From: Octopus bimaculoides
Lineage: Eukaryota
Assembly (NCBI RefSeq): GCF_001194135.2
Contig: NC_068998.1
Coordinates: forward strand, 15,380,023-15,444,022
DNA length: 64,000 nt
Reading direction: 5' to 3'
Shown in pieces: positions 52,601 through 61,619 of the stretch (its first letter is position 1; each line of letters begins with the position of its first letter). The position numbers were made by a program, and so were the translations under genes. The notes under the pieces were generated by a model. The model did no database searches and was not told the DNA's origin. It saw nothing but the letters and a program-made list of their open reading frames with translations.

Positions 52601-55366
52601 TGTTTCTTGGTGGCTGACAATATGTGCATCTCCGATCACAAGAAGTAGTGGGGGAGCACCATAGCTGTATTTTGAGAGGAATCCTTAGGGGGTTGAATAG
52701 TTCACCTCTGGAAACATGGGTGTTTCATTCAACATCTTTAAACAACCCTTATCCATGGACCTTTTGAGTGGGAAGGACTACTCGATCTGAAAAAAATTCT
52801 AACTGGGCACCCACTGCAAAGTCATGTATTGTTTATCTTGATATGAGATCACCATGTCACACACATATGGTTGTGATGCATGTGTCTGGTGTACCCTTAT
52901 CAGAAGGGTAGTCATGATGGGTATACTGAGCTTCATATAGTTTACCCCAGTGTCACTTCGATGGCATGCACTGCTCTTTCACTCAATTAAGGTAATAATA
53001 TTTCGACATACATATACATACATATATATATATACATACACACATATAACAAGTTTCTTTCAGTTTCCATCTGCCAAATCTACTCACATGACCTTAGTCA
53101 GCTGGAGCAGTTGTAGAAGACATATGTCCAAGGTACCATACAGTGGGACTGAATCTGAAACCACACAGAACCCTCCTTTGATAGAGTGGCTGAGTAATGA
53201 CCCATATGATTTGAGTAGCTGACATCAATGGTGAAGATTTTCCAGAAAAGTTTTGCTACTACTCTATCATTTTGGAGTTCTTTGTAGTTTGGTCTCATCC
53301 TGCTTAATCAACACTTTGGATCATACTCAAGCACTTTATAAAATTGTTCTATCATGTAATTTCTCTTTGGAGCAGATCTCAAATAACAAGAAGTCAGTTT
53401 TAATTTACAGAGGCATGATAAATAAAAATGCAAATATCTTATATAAACCAACTTTGTTGTCTAACCCCAGAACAAGGCAAATATTCCAAAATGTTTAATA
53501 AAAGTCCTTGTTTGAAATAATATCTAAAAACGAAAATTAATTCCTTCAGTTACACTTTAAAAATATTGAGGATTCTCAGAGCACATCTAAATGGAATCAG
53601 CAGTTTTTGGCACATCTAAACGATATCAATAGCAAAACAACAACAATAACCATACTCACCTATAATTCAAACTTTTCTGTAAGCATTCTGCTTGTTTTAT
53701 AGCTTTTTTCAAGTTCTTAGATCCAATCATGTTATTGTAATATGACTGATATAATTAAAAAAAAAGAAGAAAACCATATTTTACAACCAATAAGATAAAT
53801 TCTATTATTAATCCAAATATAAAACATGTCAGTTTGGTTTAAACAACAGAATATTAATTGATAAATATCAATGAAATATTAATTGATAAAATATCTTATT
53901 TTGCTCATATATTCAGTGTTAACAGTTTAATTAGCAATTTACTTTATTGCATAATAATCTTCCACTCGACTATACAGAAGCAATAGCTGAGCTGTCTGGG
54001 GTTAAGATATAAGCCTGGAGATCATAAGGCCAAGATTTGAAATCCTTCTGCAACCTGTGTGTTGTGTAATCATATGCAAACAGTATTATTCAGCTTCATT
54101 GATTCAACCCAGCTAAAAACAGATACTATTTACACATCACATGCAATAGTGTAATGATAGCATATCTGTTGATTCAACAGAAGCCGTGGGGTTTATTACC
54201 ATAAGCAGACCCAAGTATTTTTTTAGGTGCAGGTGTGATTGTGTGGACAGAAATTTGCTTCTCAATCATATGATTCTAGGTTCAGTCCCATGACATGAAA
54301 ATTTGGACAAGTGTCTTCTACTATAGTCGCAGGCCAGCCCAAGTCTTGTGAGTGGATTTGGAAGACAGAAACTGAAAGAAGCCCTGAAAGAAGGCGACGA
54401 GCTGGCAGAAACGTTAGCACGCCGTGCAAAATGCTTTGCAGTATTTTGTCTGTCTTTACATTCTGAGTTCAAATTCCACCCTTTCGGGGTCGATTGAATA
54501 AGTACCAGTTACGTACTGGGGTCGATATAATCGACTTAATCCATTTATTTGTCGTTGTTTGTCCCCTCTGTGTGTAGCCCCTTGTGGGCAGTAAAGAAAT
54601 AAGAAACTGAAAGAAGCCCGTCGTGTGTGTGTGCATGCATGTGTATGTATGTGTTTCCCACCATTGCTTGACAACCAGTGTTAGTTTGTTTATGCCCTCG
54701 TAACTTAGCAGTCTGGCCTAAAAGCCTTTAGAATAAGCACCAGGCTTAAAAAAAAATTGGAGTCAATTCATTTGATTAAAACATTTCAAGACAATGCCCC
54801 AGCATGGCTGCAGTCCAATGACTGAAACAAGCAAAAGAGTAATGTGTATATCTTTTGCTAATATACATCACTGAAAAATATGCAGGTATACACATTTACA
54901 CACACACAAGCACACATACTTCTGCAGTTTTCCCCTCTACCAAATTCTACTCAAAGTATTGGGCAACTGAAGCTGATTGCAGAAAACACTTGCTCAAGGT
55001 GACATGCAATGGGATTTAACCTGGAGCCATGTGCTTCTAAACCATACAGCCATGGCTGTGCCCTTTTGATCTTCATTACAACAATCATAACCCAGGGCTA
55101 TAATAAAAATCAATCCAGGAAAAGATACTAACCTCATCTTTTTTATAGTCTGCTGTTCTCTTAATTGATGTTATCAAGTTAAAGAAACGCATATACATCA
55201 CATAAGCTTTCTCTTCATCACCGGTGTTTTCACAGAGTTCAGCTTCCTTCAAAAGTCTTCCTGCTGATTTTACAGCTCTGAAAAGTAGTAAATAAGAAAA
55301 ATATATAAATTTCTTACACGGTGGTGCATCAGCATGGCCGCAGCTCTGAGCTGAAACTTTGAAAAG

Positions 55367-55409
<43 letters not shown>

Positions 55410-57120
55410 AAAAAAAAAGAAAAGAAATGCTTGAAATCTGTTGTTATTTTAGAGAACAACATTGTGACATTACCATCTATCTCAATGAAATAAGCATTGC
55501 AGATGAAACACAAGCACTCAGAGAGTGCAAACCTCCACAAAGGCAACACCAACATCCTCTTAACGATTACCCAGAGATGATTTTTAAAGTGAAAATATCT
55601 GAAATAAACTCGACTGCTCTCACAAACAAGAATACTAAAAATGAATCCGACCGCTCTCAAAAATTAAGAGAAAAAAAACAGGAAAAATAATCCAGAATCC
55701 TTGTCCAATACCGGATTGATCCCAAAATCTAATCCGTTCGTGCCTGTCACATGGCCAAACTTCCCTGAAAGTTTCATCTACGGGCAACAAACAAACATGC
55801 CTGAAAACAATACCTCTGCCTTCGCTAAGGCGGAGGTAATAATAATCGAGTCAGAAGAATGAACTGAAACTAAATCCTACATTTGATTCAGTAAGAATTA
55901 CTACTGTATCTCAGTGCCCACCATAAAAAAATATATATATATTGGTATTAAAAAAAAAAAGCCTTAAGTAGATGAATATCAACCTCAGAAGCTTCTATCA
56001 CAGGAGTTCAATTCCCAGTGTCATGTTGTGTCCTTGAGCAAAGTACTTTATTTCACATTGCTCCAGTTCACTCAGCTAGCAAAAATACTTGTATTTCAAA
56101 GGGCTTACCTTAACACATTCTGTGTCATAATGAATCTCCCTGAGAACTACATTAGGAGTATGCATGTCTGTGGAGTGCTCAGCCACTTGCACATTAATTT
56201 CATGAACAGACTGTTCTGTGGCCCTATGTTCCCTGAGGAATCAAGCAGCAGCAGGAGACTGTTCCATTAACCCATTACCTACCAGTGATCTCATATGAGA
56301 TCACTTAAAAATTACAAATTTCATAATTATCTGTCAATATTTACACACACCTAACCTTTTTGCTATATCTACTAGGTGTAATTCTCTGATATTCAAATGA
56401 GGTTTGCTAATTTTTCACCCAATATCTCGCTTATTTCTATTTAAAATGTTATTTTGAAATGTTATTTCGATCATTCCAGCGTGTTTCTAAGGCTGTTTTA
56501 TGCTAGAAATCAAAGTTTCATTAAAAAATTTCATTTAATAGAATTATGGGAGGTAATGGGTTAACCAGATCAACTAGAACCATCATTGTCATAAATGACA
56601 GAGTGCCAGTGGAAAAATTAAAAGGTTAGTCAGGAAGATTTAGAAAGAAATAGTTGTGACAGATAATTGTTGAGAATCAATGAATATCTCCAGTTTCTTA
56701 ACATTATACAGATAAGACAAAAAGTTATTTCGTTGTAGGTAGCACTCCTTTATGATATGGTTCTTATCTTTCATGAACAGATGAAATGTGTCATGTTGAA
56801 TAATTTAATTACTGCCTAAATACATAATGATATACTTTCAGTGGTACTAAACCAAAGATTTACGAGCAAGGAGTCATACAGTATCATATCCAGTCAGTCA
56901 TTTTGCTCTTACAGAAAAAACAAACTGAAAGCAGGTATATTGTTCTGTATATAGTTCACAGTGAATGAGAATAAATAATTAATAGAGGAAGGCCATCATG
57001 AAAATAAGATATTACTTACAATACTGCACTAGATTGTAGTGGTTGAAGTTCAGTCAACTTGTTCAGGTCACCAATGTTTTTAGCAAGATAAAGATCTTTA
57101 CTTGGTTTAACTCCAGGCAT
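14242..57120 (-). CDS. USP8: Ubiquitin carboxyl-terminal hydrolase 8 (UBPy), whole coding span: 22 visible exons plus 1 inferred in a gap, about 1,100 aa
   Basis: Manual exon assembly with GT-AG sites. Phases are consistent at every junction except across the inferred gap exon. Visible CDS totals 3238 nt. Domain order MIT-rhodanese-SBM-WW-RSxSSP-USP, Cys box [13 protein letters not shown] and His box [10 protein letters not shown] all match USP8. Confidence 0.96.
15261..15600. mobile_element. Helentron/DINE-like non-autonomous element
   Basis: Subterminal aacctcc(g)ccaagg, (caaa)n core and terminal hairpin; copies at 55508-55840 and 59567-59905 (inverted). Confidence 0.55.
15824..16184. other. 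Assembly gap (N), predicted to hide a USP8 exon; other gaps at 8185-8494, 25833-25842, 32501-32637, 42283-42910 and 61620-61666
   Basis: N runs in the sequence. Confidence 0.99.
16483..16687 (+). mobile_element. Mariner-derived MITE, same family as 31692, left end clipped
   Basis: Colinear with 31692-31907; right TIR followed by TA. Confidence 0.8.
17116..17146 (-). CDS. USP8: USP8 exon 21, 31-nt microexon: [10 protein letters not shown](Y), contains the catalytic His
   Basis: Acceptor ctcttttag, donor gtaagt; His box. Confidence 0.92.
17305..17431 (-). CDS. USP8: USP8 exon 20: [42 protein letters not shown]
   Basis: KL.T.VDFP...Y.LYAVS; 127 nt. Confidence 0.96.
18662..18804 (-). CDS. USP8: USP8 exon 19: [47 protein letters not shown](R)
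   Basis: Second CxxC and IWKLPPVL motif; 143 nt. Confidence 0.96.
19795..20135 (-). mobile_element. RTE (Expander/Rex3-like) 3' fragment
   Basis: [16 protein letters not shown]; related copies at 8575-8820 (+) and 10975-11240 (+). Confidence 0.75.
20265..20378 (-). CDS. USP8: USP8 exon 18: [38 protein letters not shown]
   Basis: GQ.KST.CxxC...F..LSLP; 114 nt. Confidence 0.96.
20458..21093. mobile_element. 636-bp piggyBac-like non-autonomous element
   Basis: TTAA at 20454 and 21094; ends cccttt.../...aaaagg with partial TIR similarity. Confidence 0.55.
22173..22295 (-). CDS. USP8: USP8 exon 17: [41 protein letters not shown]
   Basis: AW...N.SIIV.LFQ motif; 123 nt. Confidence 0.95.
23387..23491 (-). 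CDS. USP8: USP8 exon 16: [35 protein letters not shown]
   Basis: QHDSQE box; donor gtaagt; 105 nt. Confidence 0.97.
23633..23906 (-). mobile_element. SINE family B, young full-length copy with 17-bp TSD
   Basis: TSD tcttcttacaatgtctt at 23616 and 23907; head ggcggtgagctggcagaa..gagttcaaattcc; more than 15 older copies in the window. Confidence 0.92.
24796..24901 (-). CDS. USP8: USP8 exon 15: [35 protein letters not shown]
   Basis: USP domain motif ALWSGQY; 106 nt. Confidence 0.96.
25848..26035 (+). mobile_element. Small element with perfect 45-bp inverted repeats and an internal hammerhead-like motif, in a TA-microsatellite context
   Basis: 25848-25892 is the exact reverse complement of 25991-26035; CTGAAGA...CGAAATATC in the spacer. 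Confidence 0.7.
25908..25947 (+). ncRNA. Putative minimal type-I hammerhead ribozyme motif (Penelope-like)
   Basis: gat-CTGAAGA-A-[A GAAT tcta ATTC C]-GAAA-TA-TC|atc; the 10.1-11.1 pair is an A.C mismatch. Confidence 0.5.
27495..27830 (-). mobile_element. SINE-like family C, long young copy abutting a family-B copy
   Basis: Three internal gtgcca-ccggcac/tgcac repeats; cat/cgt tail. Confidence 0.88.
28562..28692 (-). CDS. USP8: USP8 exon 14 (Cys box): [26 protein letters not shown]...DHVN(R)
   Basis: Catalytic Cys box; acceptor tttcag, donor gtcagc. Confidence 0.97.
29730..29817 (-). CDS. USP8: USP8 exon 13: [29 protein letters not shown]
   Basis: RNLNPVFG is characteristic of USP8; donor gtaagt; 88 nt. 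Confidence 0.93.
30028..30184 (-). CDS. USP8: USP8 exon 12: 14-3-3 motif LKRSHSSPD (30102-30119) and second SH3-binding motif PIVDRSTKP
   Basis: Acceptor tgcag, donor gtaagg, 157 nt. Confidence 0.95.
31333..31494 (-). CDS. USP8: USP8 exon 11: WW domain [31 protein letters not shown]
   Basis: Acceptor tgcag, donor gtcagt, 162 nt; WW signature. Confidence 0.93.
31692..31907 (+). mobile_element. Mariner-derived MITE
   Basis: TA TSD; ~26-bp TIR gagggggtgctgaaaagttc(c/t)tggc; retains a transposase-like C-terminus [24 protein letters not shown]. Confidence 0.85.
33156..33376. mobile_element. piggyBac-like MITE, second family
   Basis: TTAA TSDs at 33152 and 33377; TIR ccctttagcatt/aatgctaaaggg; degenerate copies near 12110-12275, 16220-16446, 25139-25330 and 49899-49966. 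Confidence 0.8.
33950..34367 (+). mobile_element. SINE family A, young full-length copy (tRNA-like head, CORE-like ccttgggcaag, internal microsatellite, (agtaaaag)n tail)
   Basis: Near-identical inverted copy at 58369-58773; others near 7945-8560(-), 9215-9390(-), 14865-15220, 17510-17760, 37541-37945, 53050-53165(-), 54226-54840 and 54900-55060(-). Confidence 0.9.
34393..34687 (-). CDS. USP8: USP8 exon 10: [22 protein letters not shown]...EEKVKRMK
   Basis: 295 nt open; acceptor tacaag, donor gtaaga; phases 0 to 1. Confidence 0.85.
35110..35395 (+). mobile_element. RTE LINE fragment inverted relative to 35490-35838
   Basis: Degenerate LREKLG.R.IRC...[12 protein letters not shown]. Confidence 0.7.
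35490..35838 (-). mobile_element. RTE LINE 3' fragment
   Basis: [11 protein letters not shown]...[13 protein letters not shown]; related fragments at 35110-35395 (+) and 23020-23350 (-). Confidence 0.8.
38360..38456 (-). CDS. USP8: USP8 exon 9: [32 protein letters not shown]
   Basis: Strong T-tract acceptor, donor gtaatt; phases 2 to 0 bridge exons 8 and 10 exactly; low-conservation linker. Confidence 0.8.
40493..41036 (-). CDS. USP8: USP8 exon 8: DFDYPELD...PVINRALKP...PVEQD; first STAM-SH3-binding motif at 40882-40908, then coiled coil
   Basis: 544-nt open frame; acceptor ttctag, donor gtaagt; Px(V/I)(D/N)RxxKP motif. Confidence 0.92.
43788..44295 (+). mobile_element. Composite SINE: family-A head, body D, family-C (GAT)n tail
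   Basis: Same composite inverted at about 12880-13270 and 26080-26280. Confidence 0.75.
44325..45420 (-). mobile_element. Decayed RTE-clade LINE RT fragment
   Basis: Degenerate translation includes [26 protein letters not shown] and [13 protein letters not shown]. Confidence 0.8.
45660..45985 (-). mobile_element. SINE family E (tRNA-like head)
   Basis: Homologous to 32215-32730(-) and 55990-56240(+); head shared with 2290-2440 and 62745-63065. Confidence 0.8.
46700..46844 (-). CDS. USP8: USP8 exon 7 (rhodanese end): [32 protein letters not shown]...
   Basis: LEGGYEQW motif; acceptor ttcag, donor gtaagt, 145 nt. Confidence 0.95.
47174..47586 (+). mobile_element. 5' portion of a Tc1-family transposon (frameshifted, truncated)
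   Basis: TA|cagGagttggacaaaacaatgaaaacacc terminus; [43 protein letters not shown] is a Tc1 paired-like HTH. Confidence 0.85.
47791..47953 (-). CDS. USP8: USP8 exon 6 (rhodanese): [31 protein letters not shown]...[10 protein letters not shown]
   Basis: Acceptor tttag, donor gtaggt, 163 nt. Confidence 0.94.
49686..49860 (-). CDS. USP8: USP8 exon 5 (rhodanese start): [57 protein letters not shown](G)
   Basis: Acceptor tttcag, donor gtaag; IIIMDVR rhodanese strand; 175 nt. Confidence 0.93.
49985..50440 (-). mobile_element. RTE (BovB-like) 3' fragment
   Basis: C-terminal C2H2-like [21 protein letters not shown]. Confidence 0.65.
50736..50881 (-). CDS. USP8: USP8 exon 4: [12 protein letters not shown]...NLPDKS
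   Basis: Acceptor tacag. Donor G|gtaaat chosen because the next exon needs phase 1. 146 nt. Confidence 0.85.
53660..53745 (-). CDS. USP8: USP8 exon 3 (MIT): [28 protein letters not shown](R)
   Basis: Acceptor atcag, donor gtgagt, 86 nt; absent from the ORF track, read by hand. Confidence 0.93.
54385..54601 (+). mobile_element. SINE family B nested in a family-A SINE
   Basis: 18-bp TSD agaaactgaaagaagccc at 54367 and 54602. Confidence 0.92.
55133..55277 (-). CDS. USP8: USP8 exon 2 (MIT): [48 protein letters not shown]
   Basis: Acceptor ttttcag, donor gttagt, 145 nt; [10 protein letters not shown] motif. Confidence 0.95.
55508..55840. mobile_element. Helentron/DINE-like element, second copy
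   Basis: Colinear with 15261-15600; hairpin tacctctgcctt-cgct-aaggcggaggta at 55811-55838. Confidence 0.6.
57020..57120 (-). CDS. USP8: USP8 coding exon 1: [33 protein letters not shown](L)
   Basis: Resembles the USP8 N-terminus (MP..K.LYL...DLNK.TE); donor gtaagt, phase 2. Confidence 0.9.
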
Positions 57121-57250
57121 CTTGAATGAGTTGCAGAAATAGCCTGTTTTTTTTTTAAAAATATGTAATTATATATATATTTAAAACAATATACATAAAA
57201 TAATCTTTTAGATAAAAATAGACAAATTTTTAAATAATATTAATTGGCCT

Positions 57251-57555
57251 TCGTAGGATTTTCGAGCGAGATCGTTGCCAGTGCCCCTGAACTGGCTCTT
57301 GTGCGGGTGGCACATAAAATACACCATTTTGAGCATGGCCGTTGCCAGTACCGCTTGACTGGGCCTCATGCCGATGGCACGTAAAAGCACCCACTACACT
57401 CTCAGAGTGGTTGGTGTTAGGAAGGGCATCCAGCAGTAGAAACTCTGCCAAATCAGATTGGAGCCTGGTGTAGCCATCCGGTTTCACCAGTCCTCAGTCA
57501 AATCGTCCAACCCATGCTAGCATGGAAAGCGGACGTTAAACGATGATGACGATGA
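57251..57555 (+). mobile_element. SINE-like family C (3' palindrome ccatgctagcatgg, (GAT)n tail), young 5'-truncated copy
   Basis: Other copies near 5185, 6380, 7420(+), 9990, 10525, 12763, 18190(+), 21530(+), 22540, 27495, 33555, 38008, 38918, 41525 and 62090(+); unmarked copies are minus. Confidence 0.9.
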
Positions 57556-58368
57556 TTTGTTTAACATTCTCATTGAAAATAAAACACACACACACACACG
57601 CACATATCCACAAACACACACACACACACGCACGCACATATCCACAAACACACAGGGAATGTATCCATCAAATTACTAGACAGTATTATTTATATACATT
57701 GTTCAAAGTTAAATCAGTGAATGAAAAACAAACAAATCTCTATTTTGGCCTAACCTCATCAGTCACAGTGAAGCCATATTAGGTTGTAATAAACTGTCAC
57801 AGCAGCTCTGCTACTACTGCTGCTGTTGTTGTTGTTGTTGATATTTGTATGTCAAAAAATGTGGGGTTGAGTGGTAATATAAAACTGCTACTTTGGCTAC
57901 TGTCATTTCTAATCTCTGAAACAAATGCTTTATTATTATTATTGTTATTGTTACTGATTAGCTCCAGGTTAACCCCAATTGATCCAAGATCAAAGGCATT
58001 CAAACTGTGATTATCTCATCTTTATTCCAGGTATAATACGTCCAAGACTACATTATTCTGGATGCACATCTCCTTTTTAAGATGCTAGCTGCATAATTTA
58101 AGGGATATTTGGCTACTATTTCTAGTAGCTTGGGAGACCATGTAGAAGCTATCTTTTTTAGCTCATATTATTGTTCCAAGAGCAAATCCTGTCACGGTCA
58201 AGGAGGTCAATGTGCAAAATTTTTAGAGAGCCAGACAAATGCCTTGTAGCATTTGTTCCAGTTCTTTACATCCTGAGTTTAAAACCCAATTTGCTTTGCA
58301 TTCTTCTGGGATCAATAAAATAAAGCACTAGGGTCAATTTAATCAAATTTCTGGCTTTGTGCTTATAT

Positions 58369-58565
58369 TACTCTTTTACTCTTTTACTTGTTTAAGTCTT
58401 ATGACTGTGGCCATGCTGAAGCACTGCCTTTAGTCAAGCAAATCGACCCCAGGACTTATTCTTTGGAAGCCTAGTACTTATTTTATCCGTCTCTTTTGCC
58501 GAACCGATAAGTTACAGGGACGTAAACACACCAGCATCTGTTGTCAAGCGATGTTAGGGGGACAA

Positions 58566-58596
<31 letters not shown>

Positions 58597-58773
58597 TGTA
58601 TACATATATACAACGGGCTTCTTTCAGTTTCCGTCTACCAAATCCACTCACAAAGCTTTGGTCGGCCCAAGGCTATAGTAGAAGACACTTGCCCAAGATG
58701 CCACGCAGTGGGACTGAATCCGGAACCATGTGGTTGGTAAGCAAGCTACTTACCACACAGCCACTCCTACACC
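58369..58773 (-). mobile_element. SINE family A, young full-length copy
   Basis: Reverse complement of 33950-34367 with few differences. Confidence 0.9.
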
Positions 58774-58794
58774 TTAGAATTAGAATATTAGAAA

Positions 58795-59566
58795 TTATTA
58801 TTATCATTATTATCATCACGTGTCTGAGATTGATAGTATATCAGTATCTTTTGATCAGGAGGGGGTCATAACTAATAACCATAGGCCCTGTTAACTTTCT
58901 CATTCCAGTTACATTGATATGACTCTCCTCAAAATCCTGGCTGTTCCAAGTAGGGCTGTTTCCTGGAGTATCTCAGTCTTGACAGTGAGTTCAAGTCTGC
59001 TAAACCACTTCTGAAATTGGTTTGTCACGGTTCCAAGTGCCCCTATCACAACAGGTATAACCTCCACTTTTCCTCAGTTCCCACAAATGTGCTTTCTCAT
59101 GCCTCAAATCTTGGTATCTATTCACTTTGTCTTTCTCTTTCTCTACCACATGGATATCTCCTGGGATAGCGATGTCAATAATCCAGTAATGTCTTTCTTC
59201 TCTCTCAACCAGGATAAAATCAGGTCTTTTTGCCTCAATCACATTATCACATTGTACATTGAAATCCCATAGCAATTTCACCATACCATTTTCCATTACA
59301 GCAAGTGGCTGGTGTTCATACCACTTGTTAGCTTGCACCAACTATTTCCCACATAAAGCCAATGTACAATGCAAGCAACATTGTCATGCTGTCTCTTGTA
59401 CTCATGCTGTGCCAAAGAGCTACATTCACATACAATGTGGCTTGTGGTTTCTCTAAACTTCCCATACATTCTGCACAATGGTGATTCAATTGCTTTGTCA
59501 ATGTGGAATGGTTAGTTCTTAAGGCTTGCTCTTGAGTAGCACAAATAAGAGTTTCCATCCATTCTT
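58795..59566 (-). mobile_element. 3' fragment of an R4/Dong-type (restriction-like endonuclease) non-LTR retrotransposon
   Basis: Frameshifted QEQALRTN, CCHC-like C..(C)..ETTSHIVCEC, HDNV and KRPDFILV...IIDIAIPGD...KEKDKVNRYQDL (PD-(D/E)xK); (AAT)n-like tail. Confidence 0.85.
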
Positions 59567-59940
59567 TCAGGGATGTTTGGCCGTGTGACTGGTACAAACT
59601 GATTAGATTTTGGGATCGATCCGATACTGGACAAGGATTCTGGATTATCTTTCTATTTTTTTTTTACTTAATTTTTGAGAGCGGTTGGGTTCATTTTAGT
59701 ATTCTCATTTGTGAGAGCAGTCAAGCTTATTTCAGATATTCTCATTCTAAAAATCATCTCCAGCTAATAGTTGAGAGGATGTTGTTATTGATTAGCTCCA
59801 GGTTAACCCCAATTGGGTAGATCCATGATCAAAGGCATTCAAACTGTGATTATCTCATCTTTATTCCAGGCATTAAGTGGAGGTTTGCACTCACTGAATG
59901 CTCTTATTATTATTACTATCATTATTATTATTTTTATTAA

Positions 59941-60146
59941 CATGGTAAGCTGGCAGAATCATTAGCACCGCTTGGCAGTATTTCACCCATCGCTACATTC
60001 TGAGTTCAAATTCCGCCACGGTTGACTTTGCCTTTCATCCTTTTGGGGTTGATAAATTAAGTACCAGTGAAACATTGGGGTTGATGTAACCAACTAGTCC
60101 CCTCCCCACAAATTTAAGGCCTTGTGCCTCCAGTAGAAAGGATTAC

Positions 60147-60181
<35 letters not shown>

Positions 60182-60581
60182 CATCAAGGTCAACTTTGCC
60201 TTTCATCCTTTCGGGGTCGTTAAATAAGTACTAGTTGGACACTGGAGTCAGTGTAATTGACTTATCCCCTTCCCCTGAAATTGCTGCCCTTATGCCAAAA
60301 TTTGAAATCATTATTATAATTATCATACAAGGCAGTGAGCTGGCAGAATCGTTAGCATGCCAGGCAAAATGCCTAGCAGCATTTCATCTGTCTTTATGTT
60401 CTCAGTTCAAATTCCACCAAGGTTGACTTTCATCCTTTCAAGGTCAATAAATTAAGTACCAGTCAAGTACTGGGGTCAATGTAATTGACTGTCCCCCTCG
60501 CCACAAATTTTGGTCCTTGTGCCTATAGTAGACATGATGATGATGATGATGATGATTATCATTATTACTATTTTATTATTA

Positions 60582-60618
<37 letters not shown>

Positions 60619-60925
60619 TATTAAGGTGGTAAACTGGCAGAACCATTAGCATGCTGGACAAAATGCTTAGCGGTATTTCATTCATCTTTACAGTCTGATT
60701 TCAAATTCCACTGAGATCAATTTTGTCTTTCAACCTTACAAGGTCAACAAAAGAAGTACCAGCTGAGCACTAGAGTTGGTGTAATCAACTCCTCCACAAA
60801 GTCGACTTTGCCGTTCATCCCTTTGGGGTCGATAAAGTAAGTACCAGTTGAGCACTGGGGAGTCAATGTAATCAGCTTTCCCCCTTCCCCAAACTTGCTG
60901 ACCATGTGCCAAAATTTCAAAACCA
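59941..60925 (+). repeat. Head-to-tail cluster of five family-B SINEs separated by (ATT)n/(GAT)n
   Basis: Units at about 59941, 60184, 60329, 60623 and 60798. Confidence 0.85.
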
Positions 60926-61087
60926 ATATTCAGATTCAGTTATCTGGTTCATTGATTAACTATAACCATCTCAATTGTTATAAAAATTCTAACAAATAAA
61001 AAAAGATAGCAGTGCCAATACGATGAAGTATGTAATTACTATGTTGGCCATAGCTACCTTGAACATCAAATTATATTTTACTCTCAC

Positions 61088-61155
61088 CTTTCTGACAAGC
61101 CCCTTCAATAACACTACTGCCCCCACAAGTGATTTTCTCAGTGAAGAAACGGGGA
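61088..61155 (-). other. Candidate USP8 5'-UTR exon (68 nt, no ATG)
   Basis: Strong acceptor ctcccatttttcaatcttcacag and donor AAG|gtgaga in unique sequence upstream of the ATG exon; splice signals only. Confidence 0.4.
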
Positions 61156-61588
61156 CTGTGAAGATTGAAAAATGGGAGAACAGACATATTGTTGTCTTAT
61201 AAAACTAAGATGGTTTTAAACTTGTCTAAGGAAGCAGAATCATGTAGATGCAAAGACTATTCTGTTTTCTCATTAATGGCAGAGTGATGGTGATTTTTCA
61301 CTATTTGGAAAGGGAGCCTGGTATTATTTGTCAGTCTCAGAACAACTCATGTAAATCTTTTATATTTGATTTGTTTCACTCATTAGAATATGGCCATACT
61401 GGGGCACTGCCTTGAAGGGTTGTAGTCAAATAAATCAACTCCCCCATACTTACTTCTCTTTTCGAGTCTAGTACTTATTCTATTGGTCTCTTTTGCCAAG
61501 GTACTAAATTACAGGGACATAAACAAACTAACATCAGTTGTCAAGCAGGGAGGTGAGGGCATTAAAAGAGACACAAAAACACACATAT

Positions 61589-61619
<31 letters not shown>

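Noticed and set aside
59941-60925. CRISPR-like array
   Set aside because: Eukaryotic SINE copies of 120-200 bp with microsatellite spacers; no cas genes
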